Assembly (NCBI GenBank): GCA_902605035.1
Contig: CACLBB010000003.1
Location: 30,054-94,053, forward strand
DNA from: an uncultured Pelagibacteraceae bacterium
GTDB taxonomy: Bacteria > Pseudomonadota > Alphaproteobacteria > Pelagibacterales > Pelagibacteraceae
DNA length: 64,000 bases
Direction: 5' to 3'
The notes below the pieces were generated by a model. It did not search any database, was not told the origin of the DNA, and saw only the letters and a list, made by a program, of their open reading frames with translations. Position numbers and translations under genes: made by a program. The stretch's first letter is position 1. Every line of letters begins with the position of its first letter. This document shows, in pieces, positions 8,529 to 18,622 of this stretch.

Positions 8529-9225
8529 TAAAGCCTTCTCTATATTAGAATTATTGGTTGTAATAGCAATTATCGCTATTATGTCAATTTTTGGCTACCC
8601 TAAAGTTGATCAATGGTTAACTGAAAGAGAGGTCAAAAAAGAGGTAAATAGACTTGTGCAATACATTGAAGATAGAAAGGATGAAGTGAATTCTGGTAAA
8701 TATCCCATCATCGTGATTGGTTTTTACCAAAATATGGAACTATGGCACATGACACAAGAAGAATACTCTACTCAAATGAAGGTTCCAGCACCTGGGTGGA
8801 CAAGAAGAAACGATGGAAACACTGGCGGAAAGAGTTATTTAAACCATTATAAGATGGGTCCATGTTGTTTGGAGACAATTGATTACTCTAATTGGGTAAA
8901 AGAGAATTCAGGACAATTTCAATGGAGTGGAGATACTTGGCACTGGATGAATTCGAGAATGTTTTTATCAAAAAATGCTATAATTGATCCTGGCACAAAT
9001 CATTTTAATGTTTTGGATAATAATGGAAACAATCAAGATGCTTTCATAATGATTTGCTCAAAATCAAATACATCTAATCATTATGGTGGTAGTGGAAGCA
9101 GTCCAAAGTGTAACAATTCTTCAAGTGCCGATAATAGATATGTTTTGCAAATGGATCGTTCATTAAATGTAAATTTATTCAGATATAACTCAAAAACTTC
9201 TAAATGGGTAAAAACAAAAAGATAA
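8512..9225 (+). CDS. Minor pilin (FimU/FimT-like position)
   Basis: Class III signal KA|FSILELLVVIAII with Glu at +5. Confidence 0.8.
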   Translation: MLMQNNKAFSILELLVVIAIIAIMSIFGYPKVDQWLTEREVKKEVNRLVQYIEDRKDEVNSGKYPIIVIGFYQNMELWHMTQEEYSTQMKVPAPGWTRRNDGNTGGKSYLNHYKMGPCCLETIDYSNWVKENSGQFQWSGDTWHWMNSRMFLSKNAIIDPGTNHFNVLDNNGNNQDAFIMICSKSNTSNHYGGSGSSPKCNNSSSADNRYVLQMDRSLNVNLFRYNSKTSKWVKTKR

Positions 9226-9668
9226 AAGGGCTTAGTTTAATAGAGTCTTTAGTCTGTTTAGTAATAGTAGGCATTGGTTTCATTGGAGTAAACCAAATGA
9301 TAACTTATGCGACCTCATCTATCGATAGATCAATTGATGCAAACAAAATCAACTTTTTATCTGAAACCGCCATAGAAGACATCATGGGAGATCCTAACAA
9401 TGCATCTAATTATAGTTTTTCGCAACAGTGTACTAAAAACTATAGCTCTACAGGATCGCTAGCTGATAAGGCGAAAGCTAAATGGGCAAAACATTTTATG
9501 CAAGAAAACCAACTAAAAATAAATAACAAGTTTAAGAAATTACCTTGCGATCAACTAGATACTAAAGAGGCCAACATAACATCAGACGCGGATAGAACAT
9601 CTATTAAGTTTAAATTCAAATCTAATAAAGGAAAAAAAGAAAAATTCATTGGAGTAGTTGTAAAATGA
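9204..9668 (+). CDS. Minor pilin, PilV-like
   Basis: KG|LSLIESLVCLVIVGIG prepilin motif; second gene of the minor pilin cluster. Confidence 0.75.
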   Translation: MGKNKKIKGLSLIESLVCLVIVGIGFIGVNQMITYATSSIDRSIDANKINFLSETAIEDIMGDPNNASNYSFSQQCTKNYSSTGSLADKAKAKWAKHFMQENQLKINNKFKKLPCDQLDTKEANITSDADRTSIKFKFKSNKGKKEKFIGVVVK

Positions 9669-10393
9669 AAAATATAAAAGCATTTTCCCTTATTGAAGCA
9701 TTAGTTGCGATGGTAATAGGAGCTATTTCAATTGCTGCAATTTCGTACTCCTATATTTTTTTTAATAATACCTATCAAAAAATAACTGATAAAGCTAAGA
9801 TGAGTCAGGCAGGTAGATCTTCATTACAATTAATTGCTAAAGATTTGAGAAATGCAGGTTACAAAAATATTAACTACACAAGACAAACTTGGGATAGGTG
9901 GATTGAAAAAGTAGATGCTCACGATGGAACTAAAGGTGATAAACTTAGAATTTGGTATAATACCTCAGCACAAGATAGATTAGAAGTTAGTTACTATTTA
10001 AAAAAAGATAGTGCTGGTGAAACTTATTTGGTTAGAGAAATGATTGAAAATCCAGTTGCTAATCCAATGAAGATGAATTGTGAAAGATTTGATACACAAA
10101 AGAATTGTCAACCAATAACAATTGTTTCAAAGGCTACAGACTTTCAAGTTTTCTTTAATGATCAAAACGGAAATAGAGTTAATAATGTCAATATTTCCTC
10201 TACTGATAATCAATCCAAAGTTCATACCGCTGAAGTTTATATAACTGTAAGATCACCAAATGAATTATTAAAAAATCCAATTTCTTTTGAAATGTTAAAC
10301 GGCGGTACCGCGGGTAATTTTACTAAAAGCGATAAGTATTTAAGAGAAACTTTTTATATAAGTGTTTATTTAAGAAATGTTGTTAAATTGTAA
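9665..10393 (+). CDS. Minor pilin, PilW-like
   Basis: KA|FSLIEALVAMVIG prepilin motif and IAKDLRNAGY motif characteristic of PilW. Confidence 0.8.
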   Translation: MKNIKAFSLIEALVAMVIGAISIAAISYSYIFFNNTYQKITDKAKMSQAGRSSLQLIAKDLRNAGYKNINYTRQTWDRWIEKVDAHDGTKGDKLRIWYNTSAQDRLEVSYYLKKDSAGETYLVREMIENPVANPMKMNCERFDTQKNCQPITIVSKATDFQVFFNDQNGNRVNNVNISSTDNQSKVHTAEVYITVRSPNELLKNPISFEMLNGGTAGNFTKSDKYLRETFYISVYLRNVVKL

Positions 10394-10991
10394 AAAAAGA
10401 AAAAAAGAGAAAGGCTTTGCTATTGCTTTAGCATTATTAATGCTTGTTGCAATGTCTTTGATGGGGGCGACCTTGATGGTTGTAGCTGCTGGAGACCATA
10501 AAAGAAATGGAAACCTTAATATTAAACAACAGACTTTTTATGCAGCCGAAACAGGAATATCTGAGGCAAAGAAATGGTTAGCAAGTGAAACATCTCTTGC
10601 TCCTGGGAGCGGACCAGGAAATAATTTAAGTTTTTGTAAAACTTCTTTTTTTCCTGAATTGTCTAATCCAAAACTGATAAAAGACAAAATTGAAAAAAAA
10701 GATTTAAGTGAATTGATAAGTGGTGAAACAAAACTATCTGATTATAGTTACGAGTATTTTGTAACTTATACCCCAGATCAGAATGGAAATACGCAAACAG
10801 CAAAAACTTCTACTGTATCTGGTGCCACAGGGGGTGATGTTTCTCAAGGTACAACTTATAAAAATACAGGGGCCTCAACTGCAACCTTTTACAACATTTA
10901 CTCTTGTGGTTGTGATGCAAACAAAACATCCTGTAACTCAGAAAGTAATGTAATTACTATATTGCAATCAACAATTACATTAGTAAATTAA
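10377..10991 (+). CDS. Minor pilin, PilX-like
   Basis: KG|FAIALALLML without Glu5, followed by FYAAETGI (PilX N-terminal signature). Confidence 0.82.
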   Translation: MLLNCKKRKKEKGFAIALALLMLVAMSLMGATLMVVAAGDHKRNGNLNIKQQTFYAAETGISEAKKWLASETSLAPGSGPGNNLSFCKTSFFPELSNPKLIKDKIEKKDLSELISGETKLSDYSYEYFVTYTPDQNGNTQTAKTSTVSGATGGDVSQGTTYKNTGASTATFYNIYSCGCDANKTSCNSESNVITILQSTITLVN

Positions 10992-11513
10992 ATGAAAAAA
11001 ATATTTTTAATATTATTTATTTTTATTTTAAGTTCACAACCCACGATCGCATGTGATTTTAAAGTACTAAATTTTGGAGATAAAAAAGATAAACTTGTTT
11101 CAATAAGTCCTAGCGCCCTGGTATTTGAAAACCAGTTCGGTGGAGAAAATGTAATAACCCCAATAACAGACGTTTGTAAAAACAATAGAAAATTACAAGG
11201 TACAAAATTAGATTATCTATTTATGGATAATAAATTGGTTTTAATAACATTTTTGCGAGGAAATATGGATGATGCAGCCTTGTTAGATTTTGCTATGCTT
11301 AAGTATGGATCATTTAATCTTCCAATTGGAATTGAAAAAAAAAACTGGAGAGGTAGTTACGTCTGGGAGATTGGAAATGATACCATTAATTATATTCGAT
11401 CAGATATACATGAAGGCAATGCAGAACTTTTAGAGGTAAGTAGTAAACTATACTCATCAGAATTAAATAAATACTTAGAAGAAGTTGGAAAATGGTTAGA
11501 TACACAAGAATAA
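10992..11513 (+). CDS. Hypothetical exported protein inside the minor pilin-pilY1 operon
   Basis: Sec-type signal peptide; abuts the pilX stop and overlaps the pilY1 start. Confidence 0.7.
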   Translation: MKKIFLILFIFILSSQPTIACDFKVLNFGDKKDKLVSISPSALVFENQFGGENVITPITDVCKNNRKLQGTKLDYLFMDNKLVLITFLRGNMDDAALLDFAMLKYGSFNLPIGIEKKNWRGSYVWEIGNDTINYIRSDIHEGNAELLEVSSKLYSSELNKYLEEVGKWLDTQE

Positions 11514-14500
11514 TATTTTTTATATTTTTACTAGTTGTTCCATTAGAACTGCTAGCAAAAAATCCTCCTCCTGGTACAGGTACCTCTGATATTCCTGCAA
11601 ATATTTTAATCATGTTGGATAATTCTGGAAGTATGAGAACGAGACTGTCTACTTCAACTAATCTCTATTATCCAGTAGACGTTGAAACTGATAGCTCAGG
11701 AAATATTTATGTTTTGGAATATGCTTACGATAGAATTAAAAAATTTGATAGCGCTGGAAATTATTTAAGATCTTTTGGAAGATACGGAACAAATTGCAAT
11801 CAATGGAGAGATGCGAGACAATTTCAAGTATACGGTGATCGTATTTATATAGCTGACCACACAGGTAATAGATTAGTAGTCTTAGATTTAAATGGGAGTT
11901 GCGTTGATACCACTTCAACAAGGTTCTCGAGACCAAATGGTATTGCAGTAAACAATAATTTTATTTTTGTGGGTAACGTTGGATCAACGATTGAAACATT
12001 TAGAAGAAGTAATAACAGTCAATATAATTTTCAATCACATGGAACCGGAGATATTAATTATGCATGGGGTATGTCTTTTAATAGCGCAGGTAATAGATTG
12101 ATTATTTCAAGTATTCGTGGAATAATTTCTGAATATGCTACTAGTGGTGATGGCAGCCTTTTAACTTTACAACAAAAGTTAAGTAGATCTCGAAGTATTA
12201 CTGACAGTGGTTTTGATAGCAGCGGTAACATTTACGCTACAGAAATAAGCAGGCTCCGTAAATATAACTCTAGTTTAACTTATCTATCACAAAAAACAGG
12301 TTTTCGAAATCCTTATGGAATGCACACTGATTCAAGTGATAATATTTTTGTCTCAGATTATCGTGGACACCGTGTGGTAAAATATGACACAAATTTAAAC
12401 CAATTAATGCAAATAGGTGGTGGTCGCTCTGCTACAAGAATATCAGCCGCAAAAAAAGTTATCAGACAAATAGTTTCTAATACTGATCTTACTTCAGGAG
12501 CAAATTTTGGTCTAATGGAATGGGGATCTCCTAATAGAATGAGACTTCTTGTACCTATTAGTGATACTGGAGCATCAAGAATATATAACAGTGTTGGTAG
12601 AGTATCAGCAAGAGGTGGGACTGATCTCAACTATGCTTTAAACTTTGCTAGACGATACTATACTGGTCAAACGCGATATGGCTCTGTTCCAAATTATGGT
12701 CAAGACTGTGCTCAAAATTATATAATTGTGATAAGTGATGGTATTTGGATGAATCATCCAGGTGTAATAAGTCAAGCTACTTCCTTAAAAGACCAACACA
12801 AAGTAAAAACTTTTGCCGTTGGCTTTGCTTTAAGTGGAGCGAATTCTAGATACTCAACCTTAGCAACGGCTGGAGGTACCACTACTCCGCTTTATGCAGA
12901 TAATGAGGCTCAATTATTAGCAACATTAACCGATGCTATTAAGCAGGCTATATCAGGAAGGCTTACCTTCACAACACCTGCGGTTATGTCTGATGTGCAA
13001 AAGGGAGATTTTGTTTATCAAGCAACTTTTGAATACGCAAGTAATAAGCAATGGGAAGGACGTATTAAAAAACATAAATTAAATAATAATGGATCTCTTG
13101 GTGCTGTATCATGGGATGCAGCTGAAAAACTTAATGACAGAACATCTGAGAGAAATATATGGACAACTGGTATTACATCTTCTGGATTAAACAATTTTGT
13201 AACTAATAATAGAGATGAATTAGCAAGCTTAATATTCCCAACATCTTCACCAACGAATACTCAATTAGATAATTTAATAAATTTTGTAAGGGGTATTGAT
13301 ACTTACGATCAAGATGGAGATGGTAGTACCACTGATAACATACATAAACTTGCAGATGTCTACCATTCTAACCTTATTGTAGTCGGAGCTCCTGAGGCTT
13401 CTTCGACGACATCAAATACATCAAATTTTGATAAGACAGACACAAAATATAGAATTGATAATAATTACGATAATTTTAAAATTAATAACTCCTGTGGAGT
13501 GACATGCACTAACCGAGAAGAAGTTATTTATGCAGGGGCAAATAACGGTATTCTACACGCCTTCAAAACATCTGATGGTGAAGAACTGTGGGGATTTATT
13601 CCTCCTGCGGTGGCTGGAAACTTAGAACGTATTCCATCTACTAAAGCAAACGCAACTAATCCTATTTATGGCGTGGATGGATCACCTATTGTTAAAGATA
13701 TATATTTCGATGATACACCAAATGATAATATTTCAAACCCAAGATGGAGAACAATTTTAATTAGTGGTTTAGGTGGTGGTGGAAATGGTTTTTTTGCTTT
13801 AGATGTAACTAATGTTAATAGTCCAAAACAAATTTTTTCAATTAAGAACGATCCAGTAAATCAAGTAATTACTCACTGGGATAGTACTGGTTTAAGCAGT
13901 GATTATAGTTATGCAGGTGGAAGTATTCTTCCTGAATTTGACTTTCGAAAATTAGGAGAAACTTGGTCAAGTCCAAGAGTGATAAGAATTAAAGTTGACG
14001 GTAAAGACAGATGGGTTTCAGTTTTTGGAGGTGGTTATAACCAAGCAGTCAATCCAAATTATGGTTCAGCGGTTTTTGTTATTGATATGGAAAACGAGGG
14101 TAAATTATTAAAATCAATAGAAATAGAAGATAAGAAGACTCAGACAGGAGGAAGCAGCGGAACATTATTTTCTAGAGTAGGAGGAGTTTTAGAACCTGAT
14201 CCAACAACTGGGACAGAAAATACATTATTTAAAGTTCATAATTGGAATCCAAATATTTGTTATGATCCTGGCTCTGGTGGAGCAGTGACAGCAGAATTTA
14301 CTCCTGCAGTAAGTTACGTAATTAATTTTAAAACAGTCGGAAGTTTAGAATGTGTTGACACTGTAGATTTTGATACCCCTTGGCCAGGTACACGTGACTC
14401 TGGTAATACAGGAACTGTAATTTTTAGAATAATGTCAAATGACATAGTGAATTCAGTGCCAGCAGATTTAACAGTGATAACTGCTGACGGAACTGGTAAA

Positions 14501-15262
14501 GCAAATTATGAGGGTGCTTTAGTTTATGCTACTGATCTTGAAGGTAAAGTGACAAAGATAGACTTAACTAAACAATTTACAATAGATACTGATTCATCTA
14601 GTAGTGGTTTTAAAACTATCAAAGAAGACATAGGGCAGACTACTCTATTCATTACTGAGGCGACTTCAGATAACGGTAGATTCATTTATACAAGGCCAAG
14701 TGCAACTATTAATAATGATAGTAATTTATGGTTATACTTTGGAACTGGTAATACTCAAAAACTACAAGAACAGTCTAATCAAATTCAAAATAGACTTTAT
14801 GGAATAAAAGATAAAGATTTTCCAAATTTTGCTTTAGTATCTCCAACGGGAGATATTTCGAAATGTAAAACTGCACCCAACTGTCCAAACTCTAGCGATT
14901 TAGGATGGTATGTAAATTTACCAAACTATCAAAAACTATCAGCTGAGCCCACGGTAGATAAAAATAGAGTTTACTTTCCAATCTATGAACCTACTACTGG
15001 AACTAATGCTTGTAAGACTGGAAAAGCAATTCTAACGGGTTACGATACAAAATGTGGAAACTCAGTTTTAAATGTTACACTTGGAACAGGAGTTTTATCA
15101 AAAGTTGTTGTTCAAGGAGACAATATATATATTGGTATCGCTGGTGAAGCTAAAGAAAATATTGATGGATTTACATCATCTGAGAACTTGATAACTGGAA
15201 AATCTGGGGCACAAGCTACTGGGGGGACAGTTCAAACTCAGTATTGGAGAGAAATTGACTAA
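11492..15262 (+). CDS. pilY1: PilY1/PilC-type pilus tip adhesin with vWA domain, NHL-repeat insert and C-terminal beta-propeller
   Basis: Signal peptide; MIDAS DNSGS; NHL repeats; PilY1 motifs YAGANNGILHAF, GEELWGFIP, YGVDGSP, LGETWSSP, LYFGTG, GWYVNL; ends YWREID. Confidence 0.9.
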   Translation: MVRYTRIIFFIFLLVVPLELLAKNPPPGTGTSDIPANILIMLDNSGSMRTRLSTSTNLYYPVDVETDSSGNIYVLEYAYDRIKKFDSAGNYLRSFGRYGTNCNQWRDARQFQVYGDRIYIADHTGNRLVVLDLNGSCVDTTSTRFSRPNGIAVNNNFIFVGNVGSTIETFRRSNNSQYNFQSHGTGDINYAWGMSFNSAGNRLIISSIRGIISEYATSGDGSLLTLQQKLSRSRSITDSGFDSSGNIYATEISRLRKYNSSLTYLSQKTGFRNPYGMHTDSSDNIFVSDYRGHRVVKYDTNLNQLMQIGGGRSATRISAAKKVIRQIVSNTDLTSGANFGLMEWGSPNRMRLLVPISDTGASRIYNSVGRVSARGGTDLNYALNFARRYYTGQTRYGSVPNYGQDCAQNYIIVISDGIWMNHPGVISQATSLKDQHKVKTFAVGFALSGANSRYSTLATAGGTTTPLYADNEAQLLATLTDAIKQAISGRLTFTTPAVMSDVQKGDFVYQATFEYASNKQWEGRIKKHKLNNNGSLGAVSWDAAEKLNDRTSERNIWTTGITSSGLNNFVTNNRDELASLIFPTSSPTNTQLDNLINFVRGIDTYDQDGDGSTTDNIHKLADVYHSNLIVVGAPEASSTTSNTSNFDKTDTKYRIDNNYDNFKINNSCGVTCTNREEVIYAGANNGILHAFKTSDGEELWGFIPPAVAGNLERIPSTKANATNPIYGVDGSPIVKDIYFDDTPNDNISNPRWRTILISGLGGGGNGFFALDVTNVNSPKQIFSIKNDPVNQVITHWDSTGLSSDYSYAGGSILPEFDFRKLGETWSSPRVIRIKVDGKDRWVSVFGGGYNQAVNPNYGSAVFVIDMENEGKLLKSIEIEDKKTQTGGSSGTLFSRVGGVLEPDPTTGTENTLFKVHNWNPNICYDPGSGGAVTAEFTPAVSYVINFKTVGSLECVDTVDFDTPWPGTRDSGNTGTVIFRIMSNDIVNSVPADLTVITADGTGKANYEGALVYATDLEGKVTKIDLTKQFTIDTDSSSSGFKTIKEDIGQTTLFITEATSDNGRFIYTRPSATINNDSNLWLYFGTGNTQKLQEQSNQIQNRLYGIKDKDFPNFALVSPTGDISKCKTAPNCPNSSDLGWYVNLPNYQKLSAEPTVDKNRVYFPIYEPTTGTNACKTGKAILTGYDTKCGNSVLNVTLGTGVLSKVVVQGDNIYIGIAGEAKENIDGFTSSENLITGKSGAQATGGTVQTQYWREID

Positions 15263-15360
15263 AATTATATCTAGTAGTCGGAAATAGCAAAGCTTTTACT
15301 TGATAATTTAGGATTTAAGCTAAACAATTTTGATATCTAATCTTCCATCAATTCCAAAAA

Positions 15361-17502
15361 ATGGCTATAAATTTAATTTTTATGAAGATTAAATATATTT
15401 TTATCAAAGCCCTTTTGGCTTTAGTTTTGGTGTGGCCAAATTTTTCTTTTGCAGGAAACGTGACAATGCCTACAAGTTTGGTTGCTGATACCTCATCCTT
15501 TGTCGCTCTTTCTGACTCAGGTACAACACCAAGTATAAGCGGATACACTGGAACCCTTTTGGTTTCTGTTACAGCTTCCGATGGAAATATTAAAGTTACA
15601 ACTACAACAAATTTGAAACAAGCCTCTGGTTATTGTGGCTATGGTTCAGATAGTGATAATGAACCAACTGATTGCTCAGGAAATAGTTTAACTGAAATAG
15701 GCTTTAGAGGGACTCAAGATGATATAAATACGGCTTTAGCAACTTTATCATTTAAAGGAGATGGAACTACGGGGTCACCAACTGTTACATTATCTGTAAC
15801 TCCAGCTGGTAGTCTCTATAACTCTGCTAATGGACATTATTATAAAGTTGTAAATCACGGCAGTAGTATAACTTGGTCTGCTGCAAAAACTGCGGCTGAA
15901 GCTTCCACCTTCAATGGTTTATCAGGTTATTTAGCATCAATAACAAGTTACTCAGAAAATACTTTTATAGACGAAAAAGCAGGAGTGAATGCATGGTTAG
16001 GCGGAACTGATAGAGATGCAGAGGGATGTTGGAAATGGTCGGGTGGTCCTGATGATGGAAAAATTTTCACAAATGACGGTGAAGTTGATAATTGCGTAGT
16101 GGACAGTGGCTACACAGTATACGAAAAGCCATTTGGAGCCAATGAATTTGGTTGGAATTCTAATGAACCGAATAATGCCGGTGCCGGTGGTGAAGACAGG
16201 TTACATATAAAAACAGATGGAAGTTGGAATGATTTTATAAATAATAATTCGAACGTTAGTTATTACGTAATTGAATATGGAGGAATGCCAGGTGAAACAG
16301 CTACAACAACTGGACTAACTACCCTTACAATTAAGTCAGTCGAGGCAAGCGAAAGCACATATAATGCCTTTGATGATAAACAATTAAAGGGTATTGTTGA
16401 AGCTCACAATGAAAGTATAAAAAATTCTTTAACTCAGTCTACAAATTCAATTTTAAGAAGGATGGAACAATATAGAAGATTTGGAGACAATCAAAGTGTA
16501 AAAATACAAGATTTAAAATTTGCACTAAATGATAAATTTAATGATGAAAATATAGGCTCAAGATTGTTTGAACACTATTCAAAAGAAGCTTTAGAAAAAA
16601 TAAATATTAAAGATTATATATCATCAAATTTAACAAATACGGTGAGTAATAATTCAAGTCCTAAGCATAAAGATTGGGTTTGGTGGGCTACTGGATCAAT
16701 AAATAAAGGCTCCCTTAATTTTAGATCTGATCAGCTTGGAAGACAAATAGACTCTGCTGGTTTTGTTATTGGAACAGACATTGATTACGATAATAACTCA
16801 TTATTCGGTTTAGCTTTTAGAAGTGATGACAATATTACAGAGATAAGCTCAAATGGGACAAAATCATCATCAAGCGGAAAAAATTTAATGATGTACCATA
16901 CATTAAAGTTGGACGAGCGAAATTTTGTTGATACTTTTTTTGGTATAGGAGAAACTGATCAACACACAAATCGAGTGGTGGATGTTTCTAATAATATTAG
17001 AGTTAGTGGTTTAAACAAAGCAAGACATGCATTTGGTGCTTTAAAATATAATTTATCAAATCAATATAAAAATTTAAATATTTACAATTATTCCCAAATT
17101 AATTTAGGTTACTCTGAAATTGATGGCTATAACGAGACAGGCACAAGTAATTCAAAAATGAGTTTTGATGATAGAGATTTATTTAGTTCGTCAGCTACAA
17201 TTGGTGTAAAAATTAGTAGTAATATTGATTTTAACGACTCTGATCTTCTTCCACATTTAAAATTAGATTATAATGAGGATTTAACCGAAGATTCCGTGTT
17301 AAAGGGGCATTTAATATCAAGCCCATCTAATCAATATAGTACAACTATTTCAAAACACTTTAACTCTAGTATAAAATTAGAAACTGGCTTCGATTGGATA
17401 TTTGACAATGGGTGGAATATCACAACCATCGTGAAAAGGCGAGAGAAAGATGGTTTTGGTCATGAAAACGCTTTAATCTTTTCAGCTAATAGGGAATTTT
17501 AA
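15361..17502 (+). CDS. Autotransporter-like adhesin with C-type lectin passenger domain
   Basis: Signal peptide; NGHYY..ITWSAAK..GYLASITS..EN.FI..WLGG..NEPNN..WND CTLD motifs; C-terminal ~270-aa beta-barrel-like region ending in F. Confidence 0.8.
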   Translation: MAINLIFMKIKYIFIKALLALVLVWPNFSFAGNVTMPTSLVADTSSFVALSDSGTTPSISGYTGTLLVSVTASDGNIKVTTTTNLKQASGYCGYGSDSDNEPTDCSGNSLTEIGFRGTQDDINTALATLSFKGDGTTGSPTVTLSVTPAGSLYNSANGHYYKVVNHGSSITWSAAKTAAEASTFNGLSGYLASITSYSENTFIDEKAGVNAWLGGTDRDAEGCWKWSGGPDDGKIFTNDGEVDNCVVDSGYTVYEKPFGANEFGWNSNEPNNAGAGGEDRLHIKTDGSWNDFINNNSNVSYYVIEYGGMPGETATTTGLTTLTIKSVEASESTYNAFDDKQLKGIVEAHNESIKNSLTQSTNSILRRMEQYRRFGDNQSVKIQDLKFALNDKFNDENIGSRLFEHYSKEALEKINIKDYISSNLTNTVSNNSSPKHKDWVWWATGSINKGSLNFRSDQLGRQIDSAGFVIGTDIDYDNNSLFGLAFRSDDNITEISSNGTKSSSSGKNLMMYHTLKLDERNFVDTFFGIGETDQHTNRVVDVSNNIRVSGLNKARHAFGALKYNLSNQYKNLNIYNYSQINLGYSEIDGYNETGTSNSKMSFDDRDLFSSSATIGVKISSNIDFNDSDLLPHLKLDYNEDLTEDSVLKGHLISSPSNQYSTTISKHFNSSIKLETGFDWIFDNGWNITTIVKRREKDGFGHENALIFSANREF

Positions 17503-17505
17503 AGT

Positions 17506-18261
17506 TTATACAATAAAGTAAAAATAATAAATTACAGAACTAATAATTAAAAACGGACCGAAAGGAACAGCAGTTTTGAGTGAACTTTTCCCAACGAATA
17601 ACTTGGGAATTGAATAGATTAAACCTAAAATTGACCCCATAAATAAAATTATAAAAATAGATTTAAAGCCAAAAATAAAACCCAACCCAGATAAAAGTTT
17701 AGCATCTCCTAAACCCATAGCTTCAACATTTTTTATTTTTTTATACAAGAATATTATAATCCAAATTAATAAATATCCTCCAGCACCTCCTATTAAAGAC
17801 TGAAACATATCCTGATTTATATTTAAAGATGTTTCAGGAAAAAAATTTTTGCTAATGCCTATTAAAATTAGAGAAAAATTAAGACAATCAGGAATAATAT
17901 AATGCTTAATATCAATGACAAAAATCACAATAAAAATATAAAAAATCAGGCTTAATAGTATCAAGTCTAAAAAGTTTGATGTAAAACTTAATGATATGCT
18001 TAAAAACAAAGCAGATAATAACTCTACTGAAAAGTATTGGATTGAGATGTGCTTTTTACAGAACCGACATTTAAATTTTAAAATAAAAAAAGAAATTAAA
18101 GGAATATTATCAAACCATTTAATTTTTTTTTTACAACGGGGACAAAAGGATCTTTCAGATATAATATCTAAATTTTTTGGCAATCGGTATATACAAACGT
18201 TTAAAAAACTACCGATAACAGCGCCAATTAAAAATAAGAAAAAAAAATTATTTAAAAGCAA
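17506..18261 (-). CDS. pilD: Prepilin peptidase/N-methyltransferase PilD
   Basis: GSFLNVCIYRLP, RSFCPRC, WFDNIPLISF, CRFC, MGLGDAKL, PFGPFL. Confidence 0.95.
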   Translation of the reverse strand: MLLNNFFFLFLIGAVIGSFLNVCIYRLPKNLDIISERSFCPRCKKKIKWFDNIPLISFFILKFKCRFCKKHISIQYFSVELLSALFLSISLSFTSNFLDLILLSLIFYIFIVIFVIDIKHYIIPDCLNFSLILIGISKNFFPETSLNINQDMFQSLIGGAGGYLLIWIIIFLYKKIKNVEAMGLGDAKLLSGLGFIFGFKSIFIILFMGSILGLIYSIPKLFVGKSSLKTAVPFGPFLIISSVIYYFYFIV

Positions 18262-18377
18262 ATTAAATTTTTATTTGTGCGGTGATTTCTATCACCTGTT
18301 CAATTATATAATTTAAAAAAACTAAACTTTCTTGATAGACTATTTCTAAATTAGGAGTGTAAATTATTATTTCCATT

Positions 18378-18605
18378 TCAATTAAATAAAGACCTTACAT
18401 CTTTCACTAAATCTTTGAAAGCCTCTGGTTTCCAAATAAAATAAAATATATATGCTGCTAAGAGTGGTATAAAACCAAACCACAACCACTCTTCCCAGTT
18501 AAATCCTTTGTAGCGACCAGAAGCTTTTAAACCATTATACCAAGTTAAATAACCAACAATTAGTAACCAGGATAAAGTAAGTGTGATAATTATCTTTTTT
18601 TTCAT
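18378..18605 (-). CDS. Small hypothetical membrane protein (2 TM)
   Basis: 75-aa ORF with two Trp-rich hydrophobic segments filling the gap between genes. Confidence 0.7.
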   Translation of the reverse strand: MKKKIIITLTLSWLLIVGYLTWYNGLKASGRYKGFNWEEWLWFGFIPLLAAYIFYFIWKPEAFKDLVKDVRSLFN

Positions 18606-18622
18606 AAATTTTATTTAATTAA

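Noticed and set aside
15263-15360. Intergenic gaps (also 18262-18377 and 20870-21067) checked for tRNA, sRNA, att or dif sites
   Set aside because: No cloverleaf, GC-rich stem, direct repeat or convincing XerC/D arms seen.
18281-18296. GGTGAT-TTCT-ATCACC inverted repeat upstream of pilD
   Set aside because: A single 6-bp stem with no U-tract or second copy; cannot be distinguished from chance.
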